Origin: the human T2T-CHM13v2.0 reference genome, Homo sapiens
Length of the DNA stretch: 64,000 bases
Direction: 5' to 3' (one strand)
NCBI RefSeq assembly: GCF_009914755.1
Contig: NC_060942.1
Shown here: positions 45,610 through 58,365 of the stretch, one piece after another
How positions within the stretch are numbered: position 1 is the first letter of the stretch
How the letters are laid out: the number at the start of each line of letters is the position of its first letter
Made by a program: the position numbers and the translations under genes
Notes under the pieces: model-generated
Databases searched by the model: none
Told to the model about the DNA's origin: nothing
Seen by the model: the letters and a program-made list of their open reading frames with translations, nothing else

Positions 45610-46205
45610 TAAGTCATTTCTCATTGAAATTCACTGGAAGTCTCCTAACTGGTCATTCTGATTCTATGTTTAATTCCCAATAGTATGTTCTTAATATAAT
45701 ATCTCAGATGCTTCTTTCAAATTAAATTATGATTATGCCAATCATTTATTTAAAACATTTCGAATGCTATGCTATGAAGGTTAATGAAAAATTCCTTATA
45801 ATGCCTTGCAAATTTCCTCAAATCTGACCTTGCTTAATTCTTGTACTCTTCTACCAGGTCACCACACCAGACTCTCTGCAAATCCTCAAATACTTTCACT
45901 TTTCTATTGTTGGGTCTTTGAGATCCCTCCTGCCTTTCAATCTGAATGGCTCTTCTGCCAGTTCCTTCAATTTTACCATGTATTCAGAATTGCATCCCAT
46001 ATTCCATGTTTCTATTTTTTCTATATTTTTTCACAGTGTTATTTGCCTTGTAACTTACTACATAATTTACCTTCATAAAGCTTAAGAGAAAGATTTTTGA
46101 AAGCAGGGATCTCTATTTGTTTGTCCACTGGTATATTTCAAAAACCTAGATGAGTAACCAGCAAACAGTAAGGAATCAATATTTATTTGTTGAAATATTT
46201 AATGA
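45610..46205 (+). mobile_element. L2 3' region
   Basis: ctcctaactggtc..ttaaaacatttcgaatg..aaagcagggatc..tcaatatttatttgttgaa. Confidence 0.65.
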
Positions 46206-46310
46206 AAAGTGAAAGAAAGAAGAAGGAATGGAGGAAAGAAGGAATGAAGAAAAGATGGAAAGGAAGAAGAAGAGAAGGAAGGGAGGGAGAAAAAAATAGA
46301 AAGGAAGCAA
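46206..46310 (+). repeat. Purine-rich (GAAA/GGAA)n tract
   Basis: Directly visible, follows the L2 tail. Confidence 0.85.
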
Positions 46311-47989
46311 CACAGAACATATTAGTATATGTTCCATATTGAAAATAGTAACAAAATAGTTTGTTATATAAATAGTAGCAAACAGAATTTATTTAAGACA
46401 TCTAGTTAAATCTTTGCTATTTGTCCAAGTCTGATTTTCATATGAATTTTTTTCTGAATAAAATTTTATTGTCACAAAAATTAAAAGGAAGAAGATCTTC
46501 CAGATAAGGAAAAACCATGAAAAACCTAGAGGAGGAAAAAATCAATGTCAGGGTTGCTGTGAAAACACTAATGAGAATGGTGTGGAGATTATACTAAACA
46601 TGAGAGAATTGTTGTATGAGAAAAACCTGAGAAGATACACCAGGCCAGCTTATGGATGGTTTAAAGAGTTTTGAGCTTTGTACTGTAGGCAGAAGACAAC
46701 TGCCTATCAATGAGACAAAGTGAATTTTTGGAGTGGATAGCTATATAGATACCTATGGATAAGTAAACAATATATGTATATATAGAGCAAGACAAAGAGG
46801 TAGACTTTCACACTAATGCAAAAGAGAAAATACTTCAAATAAGTCAATTGAAAGAAGTGTATTTTCTTATTTTTACATGAAATATCAAAAACACAACTAT
46901 TTAATTACCTGTTTGTTCTAATTAATATACACAGACACATCTTTAATATCACTGCCATAGGTAAATAAGGTATCTTCCCATGATGGAAATCCTAAGGCAA
47001 TTATAGTCAAATATAAAATGGAGAGAGGGATAAAACTATGAATAGTAAACATTTCTATAAAATCATTAAACACAGTAGTTTAGTGTTTGATGTTTCGGCA
47101 TAACAACTTCCTAGAAATGCTTTTTCACTGTTGGTGTTTTACATATAAATAGTAACAAACAATTTATTCACAGTATCTAATTAAATATTTGCCATTTGTC
47201 CAAGTCTAATTTTCACTATTTTTCACCTATGACCAGTATTCATATGATTTGTCTATATCCTACTTCTCATAAGAATTAAATAAACATTTGCTTTTTAGTC
47301 CAAGTTTTTTGATGGGTCTAAACAAATAAAAAGATGAATAAAATGAAATAAATAATTGAAATGCAACTCCTAAGGATGGAGTCTTAGGTAAAAAATTACC
47401 ATCTTCTTTGCTCAGGATACAATGGATTGTATTATGCCACTGTGGTATTTGGCTTAGGGAAATGTACTTGACCTCCTAGCCTATTGTTCTGGACAGGAAT
47501 TATATCCAATCCATCAATTCTAATGTCAAAATGATAAATTTCTGGCAGCACTAGTTTCTTCTTCTAGGGGAAAATCATTTACTCTTTCCACTGTCAGTTT
47601 TTTCTATAATTCTAAATATTTAGATGACATTTCCAAAAACAATACAAATGTGTACTTACTGAGCATGACAACTGCTCGCTAAACCCACTAGAAACTTAGA
47701 TATACTAGAAGAGGGGAATAGGTCTGTTTGTCTTTAATGTCAACATACTAATGAATTAATTCAAAACTATTTTAGCATTGAATGCTCATATACTTTCATT
47801 ACTACTTTCAGTGCTAAAATTTCCTTAGGGACATTCAAAATGACAAAAGAGTAACTCTTGTGAAGTCCAGCACCAGTAAACTATTTTTAGTGACATTCTC
47901 CTGCTAGTTTTATTAAGTTCATGGATTTATGGATTTCTTTTTTTCAAAGGAGACCACGGCAATGCAATCTGCCTTTGTTTTCTGATAAT

Positions 47990-48482
47990 GTTCCCTCTAA
48001 CATGCCATATCCAAAATTGTCTAAGCAATCCACTTACTTACTCAATGTATAAAAAGGTATACTCAATACCCCTACTTCCTGCAAATCTTTTATTCACTTT
48101 TATCTCAAACTCTTTTCTACTCATTCCTTTAGGACTTTCCTGTGTCAGAATCCTCCCTCCTCACTTTCACCTGTGCCAGCAGCTCAAATCGATTCATTCT
48201 TCACATTTCAGCCTGCATGTCATTGCTTGTTTGACATCCAAATTAGACTTCATCCTGTTATTATACTCTCACAACACCAACTACTTTTCATTCATATCAC
48301 TTTTCATGAGTATAATTATGCACTATTTTTAATGTTATGCTTAATATTCATTTCCCTGTCTGGAATATAAGTTCCAGGCAGGCAAGAATCCTTACTCCCT
48401 GATTCCTCCTTCCCTCCATCTCTGACACAACAGCAGCCATACAACAGCAACACAAAAGCTATTAATTTCATGAACAAATAAT
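47990..48482 (+). mobile_element. L2 fragment, old
   Basis: tcattcttcacatttcagcc..ctggaatataagttccaggcaggcaaga..tgaacaaataa. Confidence 0.55.
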
Positions 48483-50094
48483 AAAACCCCTATATTCTCT
48501 CTATATGTCATCTCTGAATTGAACATGGGGCGGGGTGGGGAGGGGAAAGTAATTTGTTCTATCTTTAATAGAAAACAAGATAAGCTATTTTGGCATAACT
48601 GAGAATTGGAATCTAGCACTCTTAATGAATAACCACTTACAATTAAGTCCAAATGTATGTTACATATAGAAAATTATGGTTGAAGAAGCAGTACCAGCCG
48701 TTAACATATATATGATAAAATTAACCCCTAATAATGCACAATTAAAAGAAAATTACCTGTTTGCTAATAGCCTGGATTTTGATAACTTTTTGTGACCATC
48801 TAGTTATGCTGCCACAACTACTCTAAATATACTGGTATCCACTATAATGTTCCCTTTTATACTCATAAACACAGATATGCACACACAAACACCATACATA
48901 TTCTACAGTATTTTTCACTTAGGAGCAGCCTGTTCTGAGTTAATGCGTCATTCTGGGGAAAATGTACCAAACTCTTTTCAGTGGGCAGTATGCATAAACT
49001 TCTAAAATAATTAGGAATATTTCTAAATTCTGCATCTGTGCTCTTAATTTATGTTCTCTGAGTTTTTCAAATAATTTGGGCTTATGCTAATGATCTATGA
49101 TTTAAAATAGGTGTGGGAGATGTTAGTAATACTCTGCCAGAAGAAATGTAATTTTAGGCTGCACGAGCAGCCGCAACAGCATTATGAACACTACCATCTA
49201 AAATATGACAGATGTGTGAATTGGCTATGGTACGGACTTCGCACCATGGAGCGTACATACCACAGAACGTTCTTACAGTGCGCCTTCTATTTCAGTGAAA
49301 ATTAAAGGGGAGGGAAAGTTTTGGGAGGCAAGCAATGTATTATTTGTTCTTTAAGCTTTGACAGTACATTGACTACTGTGCTATCTTTATTAAGTTCCTA
49401 AGTGAAAAGTATAATTAATTTAAGAAATTCACCAACAGCATCTGAAGGAAAATATTTTGATTTGTATTGTTGAGTGACTTGTCGCACCCACATACTCACA
49501 TATTCATTACTCGGGGTAGTATCATATCATCCGTGTGATTATGTTTCTTTGCCGCAATATTTATTAACTTAATGTTTATATTGTTCACATGCCAAGGTCA
49601 ATGATTTTCAAAAGGTGTATAAAGTGCATTTGAAAATTAAAGGTTTTTGTTTTTAATCTCTGAGGATGCAGGAAATAATTTGAGATGACTTTACAACTCA
49701 AAGCTATTTCATCTGTGGGAGTAAAGTAATTTCGATGTATAGAACTTGGTTCTCAGTTACTATGTTGAACACTTTGGCCATAGTTTCTTAATTATAGTGT
49801 TTAAATTCTGGGCTTGAATTGCAATTTTGATCTAAAATGAGTTAACCAAGGCCTTCACTTACATTTCACTTACATTTTTCAGACTGGATCTTGGAAGAAC
49901 CAACAAGCAAGTTTTTCTTAGTTTTGAAGTGCACGTGTATATGTGTGTTTGTACACAAAATATATACAAAAATACATAAAAATATAAACATGTGAATATA
50001 TGTGTGTGTGTGTGTGATGATGGTGATGCCAAATAACCACAGATTGTTCACATGTATAGCTGCGCTAGCAGCAACACCTTAGCTTTGTATACCA

Positions 50095-50333
50095 TAGTTG
50101 AGTGTACACAAATTTTGTTTCTTGCAAAACATTATTTTAAAATCTTGTATAAAATTACCTTCAGTCTGCATGTACATGGTATATATGGCACACGAATGAA
50201 TTTTATGTTTAGACTTGGGTTCCATCCCTAATATATATCATTGTGTATAGGGAAATATTTTGAAATTTAAAAAAAATCTAAAATCTACAATACTTCTTGT
50301 CCCAAGCAATTCATATAAGGGACATTCAAACTG
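50095..50333 (+). mobile_element. Tigger4/Zombi-derived MITE fragment
   Basis: ttgtataaaattaccttcag..gtttagacttgggttccatccc..cttcttgtcccaagca..ataagggacattcaaactg followed by TA. Confidence 0.8.
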
Positions 50334-50499
50334 TATTCCCAATACTGACATTTGATTTCATGTGTTGCAGAAAAGTACCTGTTTTTTTCTATGGCTTAAT
50401 TTTTACATATGACACATTGTTATCTTTCCATTATATTTTTCATCTTTTCCTAAATCAATACAATTTTTGTTTATTCAACCTGCAACCAAGGAGTAATGA

Positions 50500-53340
50500 C
50501 CATTTTATTTGAACTTTAGATACTTTATTTTAATGATAGTTCTTTTAAAGTTTCTGCCTCATAGTTGCAATGTCTTGGTTATTTCTGAGTCTGATTTTGT
50601 TAGTTGTTTTGTTTCTTGAAAATCAGATTTAGTTTTTTGCTCTGCTTTGCGTTCAACATTTTTTACTGAATGTGTCATTGCTGTAGAATGATAAAAGCTG
50701 TAATCACTGTTGAAGCTTGGTAAGGGGCACAGTTATTCTCTCAGGCCCCTGGATTGTGTCGTTAAGTCAATATAGTCTGGAATTGTGATGTTTTTTCTTT
50801 GTTTTGTTGTTGTCGTCACTATGGAAACTTTCCAAATGTTACGAATTTCAAATTTCTTTAGTCATGGACTAGTGATTAAAGTTGGGGCTGGAATGCTGGT
50901 GTTTGTCTCAGAGTAGGGCTCCATCCCAAGCTTTCAGCCACCCCTGGATGCCTATGCTTCAGAGAAGTCTGTCTTTATGCATTTGCCCTTTCCAGAAATA
51001 GATTGTTACACTTGTTATTGGGTAGTGTGCAGGGAAATTCTCTATGTTTTCTCATCCAGTATTCTGTTTTCTCTGTCTCAGAAAAGTCTGTACACGTGTG
51101 CCTTGGAGGTGTATCTTTCTTAGCATTTCCACACCTCCAACTCCTTGTCTGTCAATTCAGCCTTATATTAGCAGTTGGTATTGGGCAGGGATTTCTTGTA
51201 CCTCCTGCAGCTGGGTAGACCACATCAGTATAGATCATATCATATAAACCATGTCAATAAAGTTAGGTCTGCATTAGATTCTTTCCCATCTATCAGCTGT
51301 AGAGAATTTCCTTTAAATTTCCTTTACCCCTAGTCTTTGCCTATGCCTTGCAGATGAGGAGCCCTAGTGGCCCTCCCCAGAAGCTTAAGATTTGCTCTAT
51401 AAAATATCAGGGTGGAAGGAGGAACTGTCAGACTGCCTTATCTTCTTCACAGGTGCTAGCCCTCTCTTTTGAGTCTTGCTCTTCCTCCTGTATTTTTGGC
51501 TATATAGGGATGAAGTATGGGGCTAATTGACAGGGTTTTGTGTCTGCAGCAAGTGATAACATCTTTTGAGCACTGTGCAAGGCAGTGATTTTTTCTTTTT
51601 CCCCAGTGATGTAACCACTTGATCTTGGAGAAACAGACAGTATTGCTTTTATCTTGTCTGCAGACTATGATTAGCTTCTTTTCCTTCTCTGGGCAAAAAG
51701 AGTTTTCTGTCCTTCCTCCAGAAGAGGATTAAGACATAATCTTGGCATAAAAGAAGGGAGTCTGGAAGCAGGAAATGTTTCATACCGGTCCCCTAATAGC
51801 TGTCAGTCACCTTCTACTCATCTGAGTCACTCAGGTTTGCTTTCTTCATTCTTTACCCTGTTCTCAGCTTCTCCTGAGAGCATCAAGTAGGAATGAGATT
51901 TTAAATGATTCAGTCTCATAGGATGAAGTGAAGGCAATTACTAAGTGTCCCCAGCAACTTCAGATTTATTAGCTCCCACTTGATTTTCAGTTCAGTCAAA
52001 TTTTACTTGCTTAGATTATGGCCAGAACAGCTGCAGATTCTCTTGTGTTCTCTTATGGGAGAGAAAATGTGTATGTCTTTTCACCATTTAGAAGAATTTA
52101 AACCTTTTGTATTTAAGATTTCTTCATTACCTTCTAACTTCAGCTTTCCAATAAAAATAAACATTATAAAATTAAAGCCGATCTTATTTTTTCCTCTTAT
52201 TTTTGAGTTAGAGACAACTTTTTAAAAATCGTTCTCTATTTTAAATGGAGGTGGAAGTCCACCCACAATTTGCAATATGTTCTTGTTCATTTTCATTCAA
52301 CTCGAAATATTTTAAAATTTCCCTTATGATTCCTTTTTTTGTCCCTGGATTATATAGGGGTGTTTTGCTTTATTTACACATATTTGTGTATTTTTTTATA
52401 TCTTAATATTTTCAATTTCTAATTAATGTAATTATGGTCAGAGAGTGGATTATTTCAAAATTTCAGCATTAAGACTGGTTTGGGGGCCTCCAAATAATTA
52501 TTTGTTAGTATTTCAAATGCACTTAGCACTTAGCAATGTATGTTGTGTAGTTTCTGGCCTGTTAAAGATGTTAATTAAATCAATTTTGTTGATAGTGTGC
52601 AAACCTATACATTTACTGATTGTTTTTCTGCATTTTTTTATAAATTGATAATGAACTTAAAATCTTCAACTATGTAAATTTATCTACTTCTTCTTTTAGT
52701 CATGTCAATTTTTAAATGTATTTTGAAATAATACTTTTTAGTCCATAAATATCTAGGTATGTAAACCATTTTCTCTCTTCTTAATTAAAACTTACATATT
52801 GCCTTTCTCGATTGTAAGTGATACTGTTTGTCTTGAAGTCCAATTTTTTTGGATACAACACAATCACACCACCTCTCTTAAGGTTTGCAGTATGTATTTT
52901 TTTCAAGTATTTTTCTTCAAAGCCATCTACTTCTGTATATTTAAATATTATTTCTTGTAAAAAACATAGTTACTGTAGTTAGTGTTAGTAATTTTATTTT
53001 AGCAATTCAGAAATATGTATTGTATAGGTGGATAGTTTTGTTTATTTACATATAAACACACACACACACATATATATTGTATATATGTAGGTGTATCTAG
53101 ACAGATGTATAGATGGATGTTATAGCTACAGCTGTAGTTGTAGATGTAAATATATTTCCTTCCTGAAATTTCTGATTCCATCTGATATATTAGTTCTGCT
53201 TTAAAGAATCCTTTTAGCATTACTTGTAATATGTATTTGCTGGAGACAATGTATCTTAGTTTTTCTCAGTATTAAAACAAGTTTATTTTATATCCATGCT
53301 CTCTGTTAGTATTGCCTTATCTTTTTCCTTCATGTTTGGA
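50500..53340 (-). mobile_element. Old L1M fragments: ORF1 start and 5' region about 50500-52260; ORF2-EN to ORF1 region about 52260-53340
   Basis: T-rich antisense L1 motifs such as ttttcattcaactcgaaatatttt, ttatggtcagagag, ttttagcattacttgta; boundaries and subfamily uncertain. Confidence 0.55.
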
Positions 53341-54239
53341 AATCTTTTGAATCTTTTTACCCATGTCTATATTTTCAGCATTTCTATAGGTCTATTTAAA
53401 TGTACTTCTTGAAAGATGAAATATTAAGTGTGTTTTTTATTGACAAGATCTATTTACATGTAGTGTGCTATACAATATACTTGATTTAATTTGTTCTGTT
53501 TACCTTAACTTTATTTATTTCACTCTGTAACTTCCTTTTTGCTTTATTGTTGCTGATCGAAGCACATTGATATTTGCTAGTTTTTGTTTCATTGTTAATT
53601 TTATAATTCTACACTGGTTTTCAATTCTGTCAATGATTACTTTCCCTTTCAATATGCTTATATGTATCCATTATATGAAAACAATTTACTTATTATTTCC
53701 CCCACAAAGTTACTCTGTATACATATGTGTATAATATAATCTCTGTCTTCAATTAGATGAATCTTTTAGAATATTAATGACCCTACTGTCCTCCTTAACT
53801 CCTCTTCATTTAGACTAAAAGATATAGTTTCTCTTTTTGTAAATTTTCTAGCTGCTCATTGGCCTAGAATACATATTTTAGTAATAAATATCATTAACAA
53901 ATATCATTAAATAAGTCCCTCTCACCATAGTTGAATATATACTACTCATTTCAGCAGACTACATCCTTTATATCCTTCATATTTATATGTAAATAGAGAT
54001 GTCTACATGAAAATCCTTCGATTTATGTTTATTTCATATATATGTATGTACATACATACCATTCCTCATTTCTTATGATAATTCATCTTATTCATATTCA
54101 AATAAGAGTGACTCTATTTCTCTATGATGTATTTATTTACTTTCACTAAACCTGCCAATCCTACTTTTATGGACCAAAGATCATAATCTCTTAAGGCACT
54201 GGTGAAAACCCAATGTGACTGGGGGAAGGGAACAAATAA

Positions 54240-55210
54240 AACAAAACAAACAACTATACCCTTGGGTGAGTTGTAGAAATACCTGCTATGCCTAGCATCA
54301 TATCTGGAGCAAAAGCAGAAAAATATAGCAAGATTGCTCACTCCCCTAGGACCCAGGTGCATGGTAGCTGTTTAAGACAATGCTGTATCTATATCACTGA
54401 GAACGATGTCTTCCACCACTCACTATCACCAAGCTCACAAGTGCCAGGTAAAGTCACAGTGAAATATATCAGGGAGAGCTACAAGGGACACAGTCTTTCT
54501 GGAGAGCAGCACAAAAAGAAAACCCAAAGCCCATAAGGTTACCAAAACCAAGTGAGGGGCAAGTGTCCTAGAGTAATGTGGAGCTTCTAGTACACTGAGC
54601 ATAAAAATAGTAACAACGAGCTCCAAATGCAGGCCAGCTCAGGAGTAGAGTAATAAACCCCCCCTGTGCAGGACACATCTATGAATTCCCAAGTATATAA
54701 ATATTTACTTTAGTATCTACTGTCTACTGTCCAATGCAACATTTTTGGCTTTCAACAACAATTAAATCATAAGCCTTACAGAAAGGTAAGAAAAAACAAA
54801 GCTCAAAGAGACAACTCTTTAAATGAAAAGACAATATTTAAAACACTCTTAGATGTGATACAGCTGTTGGAAATACCGGGGGATTTAAAATAATTCTGAT
54901 TAATACATTAGAGGCTGTAATGGAAAAGGTATAGTATAAGGGAGAATCCATTGCAAATGCTAGAAATAAAAAAAAAAAACAGACAAAGTATTTGACAGAC
55001 TCATCATCGAATTTGACATAGCTGAGGAAAAAAACAGTTAAATTGAAAAAAAAAAGTTAATAAAATCCACCCAAATTGAAACACAAAGGGAAATAATGAT
55101 GGCAACAAAAACATTTGCTGTGGAAGAGCAAATGATCTAATGCACCTGTAATTGGAATCCCAGGAGTAGAAAAGAGAGAGAGAGAATAGAGCAGACAAAT
55201 ACTTGAAGAG
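54240..55210 (+). mobile_element. Old L1M 5' and ORF1 fragment
   Basis: tttgacagactcatca..gacatagctgaggaaa..tgtaattggaatcccagga..aaatacttgaaga resembles L1M ORF1. Confidence 0.6.
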
Positions 55211-55347
55211 GAAGTGAAGGGATACCTGAGGACTTCTGCACCTGAGAAGCTGATTTAACATGCAGTCACTTGGTGCCACTCAGAAGTTCTGGTTTTATTA
55301 GGTTGGAAGCAGTTTGAGAGGAGGAGACCAGGAAATGGGACGCAATT

Positions 55348-56575
55348 ATGAAGCAAATGAAAAGACAACCCTCTAATTGGAGAAAATATTGGCAAATAAT
55401 ATATCTGATAAGAGATTTGTTTCATGGCTCATACCTGTAATTCCAGCACTTCAGGGTGGATCATTGAGCCCAGAAGTTTGAGACCAGCCTGGGATACAAG
55501 GCAAAATCCCATCTCTACAAAAAATACAAAAAACTAGCCAGGCATGGTGGTGCATGCCTGCAGTCCCAGCTGCTCAGGAGGCTGAAGTGGGAGGATCAAC
55601 AAACCCTCAGAGGCTGAGACGGCAGTGAGCTGAGATTGCACCACTGCACTCCAGCCTGGGCAACACAGTGAGACCTTGTCTCAAAAAAAAAAAAAAAAAA
55701 AAAGAGACATAGAGAGTTTTCTTTGAATAATAAAAAAAGACCAATAAAGGAAAAGGATCTGAATTAACAGTTCTCCAAAGATGGTACACAAATGGCCAAA
55801 AAGCACATGAAATGTTGTTGAATATCATGAGCCACCAAAGAAAGGCAAATCAAAATCACAATACATTTCATTCCATGGAGACTAGATGGCTATAACGAAA
55901 AAGATAATAAGGAATGTTTGCAAGATCATAAAGACATTGGACTCCTCATATGCTGCTGGTGATAATGTAAAATGGAGCAACTACTTTGAAAATACATCTC
56001 AAAAATTAAACATAGAAGTATGATATGACCCACGTTTCCATTTCTTAATATATATCCAAGAGAACTAAAAACATATATTAACACAAACTTGTATGTAAAT
56101 ATTCATATCAACATTATTCGTAATAGCTAAACAGTGGAAACAACCAACATGTTCATCGATTAACAGATGAATAAGAAATGTGGTATATCTAAACCATGAA
56201 ATTTTATTCAGCAATCAAAGGAAAATAAGTAATGATACATGCTATAACATGCATGATTCTTGAAACACTGTGTTAAGTAGAAGTCAGATATCAATGGCCC
56301 CATATTGTACAATTCCATTTACATTAAATGTCTAGGATGGGCAAATTTATAGGCACAGAATTTAAATTAGTGGTTGTCTAGGGTTGAGAGAAATGTGATC
56401 CTAGGGGATTGTGGAGTAATGGCTAAACTATATTGGTTTTCCTAAGAGGAAATATAAACTTTTAAAATAGACTACGGTGATGTTTGCACAACTCTGAAAT
56501 ATTTTAAAAACTCTTTGTACACTGTGAATGGATGCGTTGTAAGGTATGATAATTATATGTCAATAAATGTGCTTA
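55348..56575 (+). mobile_element. L1MB-like ORF2 end and 3'UTR, split by an Alu
   Basis: aatgaaaagacaaccc..ggagaaaatattggcaa..aatggccaaaaagcacatgaaa..gtggaaacaacc..aattatatgtcaataaa. Confidence 0.8.
55424..55703 (+). mobile_element. AluJb with small deletions
   Basis: ttgagcccagaagtt..gtgggaggatc; A tail. Confidence 0.9.
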
Positions 56576-57576
56576 AATGTGTGTTCATAAACACTGTATT
56601 AGAGTAGTAAGAATAAAAAGGTATAAAAGAGACTTTTTTTGTAGAGACTCAATTTTAAACCCTAAAAATTCATAAAGATATGAAATTCATATGGACTTTC
56701 AGATAGGAAATTGGCTAGAAATAAAGGGAGAAAGAAAACTTTATCTTGATAATAAGAAAGAGCTCCTATAACAAAAAGTTTGAATTCTGAGCCACAATAA
56801 ATTATGGAATAATCAAAACCAAATAAATGCTTGTCATTGTGTTAAAGAAAATAGTCAGTATAATGAGTAAAACTGTTTCCATTTTAGTTTTTCTTTAAAG
56901 CAGGTCAAATGCTCTAGTCTCTCTCTCTCTCTCTCTCCCTTGTTCTCTCTATTATATTGTAACTACATTGGGAGGTAATAATGAGAAAGCAACCAACTAA
57001 TGAATTAACATTTTAAAGTTGGCAAAATATATCAACAAAGGGAAACAGATAAAAATATATATATATCAAATAAACAGAAGAAGAATTCATGGAAACATTT
57101 TTTATAGACTCAGTGAGATCAGAGACAAAGGTATCTAACAAAATAACAGAAAAAGAGAGAAAAAAGAATGTTGGAAAAGATTGTGAGGTATTCTAGGAAA
57201 TTCCAAGAAAACAGATGTTAAAAAACTTTAAAAACTAATTTGGAAATCTTAGAATAGGATAGGGTAAAAATAAAATGAGAGATGAAAGAAAGCTTTATTA
57301 AGAGAAAAAATCATGAATGAAAAAATGAAATCACAGACATGATGAGCATGCTTCCTAAATATCATCCAAATTTTTTTTTATTTCTAGATAAACTGATAGA
57401 TAATAAGGACAAGAGGAGACGCAGCATAAATATTCAGCTATTACTAAAGTTTTTTAAATAGAGAAATAAAATTTATAAAAAATTGGAGAACATATAAATG
57501 AAATATATAATATTTGAGTATGAAGATACAGAAGAGTTTACAATATTAGGTTAATTTGATTAAAAACAATATAATT

Positions 57577-57846
57577 CTTTGGGAGGCCGAGGCATGTGGA
57601 TCACCTGAGGTCAGGAGTTTGAAACCAGTGTGGCCAATATGGTGAAACCCCATCTCTACTAAAAATACAAAAATTAGCCAGGCCTGGTAGCCGGCGCCTG
57701 TAATCCAAGCTACTCGGGAGGCTGAGGCAGGAGAAGTGCTTGAACCCAGGAAACAGAGGTTGCCATAAGCTGAGATCACACCATTGCAATCTAACCTGAG
57801 TGACAGAGCAAGACTCTGTCTCAAAATAATAATAATAATAATAATA
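57577..57846 (+). mobile_element. AluSx-type, 5'-truncated, (AAT)n tail
   Basis: gatcacctgaggtcagg; TSD aatataatt. Confidence 0.92.
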
Positions 57847-57989
57847 AATATAATTATGTATACTCACAAGGTGATTTCTCTTCAAATGTAAAAGCCTCAG
57901 CTTCATTTACAAAGTCAAAGCAGCAGAGGCACAGATTTCCTCTTCTCTAGTGGCACGTCATTTTTTTTTGCTTTATCATAAAAGGAACC

Positions 57990-58365
57990 CAAAGTTTGGG
58001 TAAGAGTTTGCTTAGTAAAAGGATTGCTTTTGGAGACTCCCTTGCCACTTTTGAGGCCAATAAAATGTAATAGGTGTGTATTTAATGAGGCACTTTGTGG
58101 TGACGGGATTGTGTGTCCCTTTTTATTCTTTCTATACTTTTTCTTTCTAAACAGGCAGACTTGAAGCTGGCACTGGAAAGTCAGCACCCATCTTAGAAAA
58201 AGAGGTAACATTCAGGATAGAAGCCACATGCTAATGATAGTAGAAAACATTTGTTCTAGAATGTCTACCTAAGCTGGACTTTTTTTTTTTTTAATGGGAA
58301 AGAATTGAGTGTCTATTTAAACCACTTATGGGGGATTTCAATTCTATGTAGCAGAATTTTATTCA
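57990..58365 (+). mobile_element. Old MLT1 (J/K-like) LTR fragment
   Basis: ttgaggccaat..tgaagctgg..cccatctt..tagaagccacatgctaatgat resemble old MLT1. Confidence 0.45.

Noticed and set aside
49238-49256. REST/RE1-like motif ttcgcaccatggagcg
   Set aside because: Only GCACCATGGA matches. The TCA and CAG core positions are wrong, so it is too weak to call.
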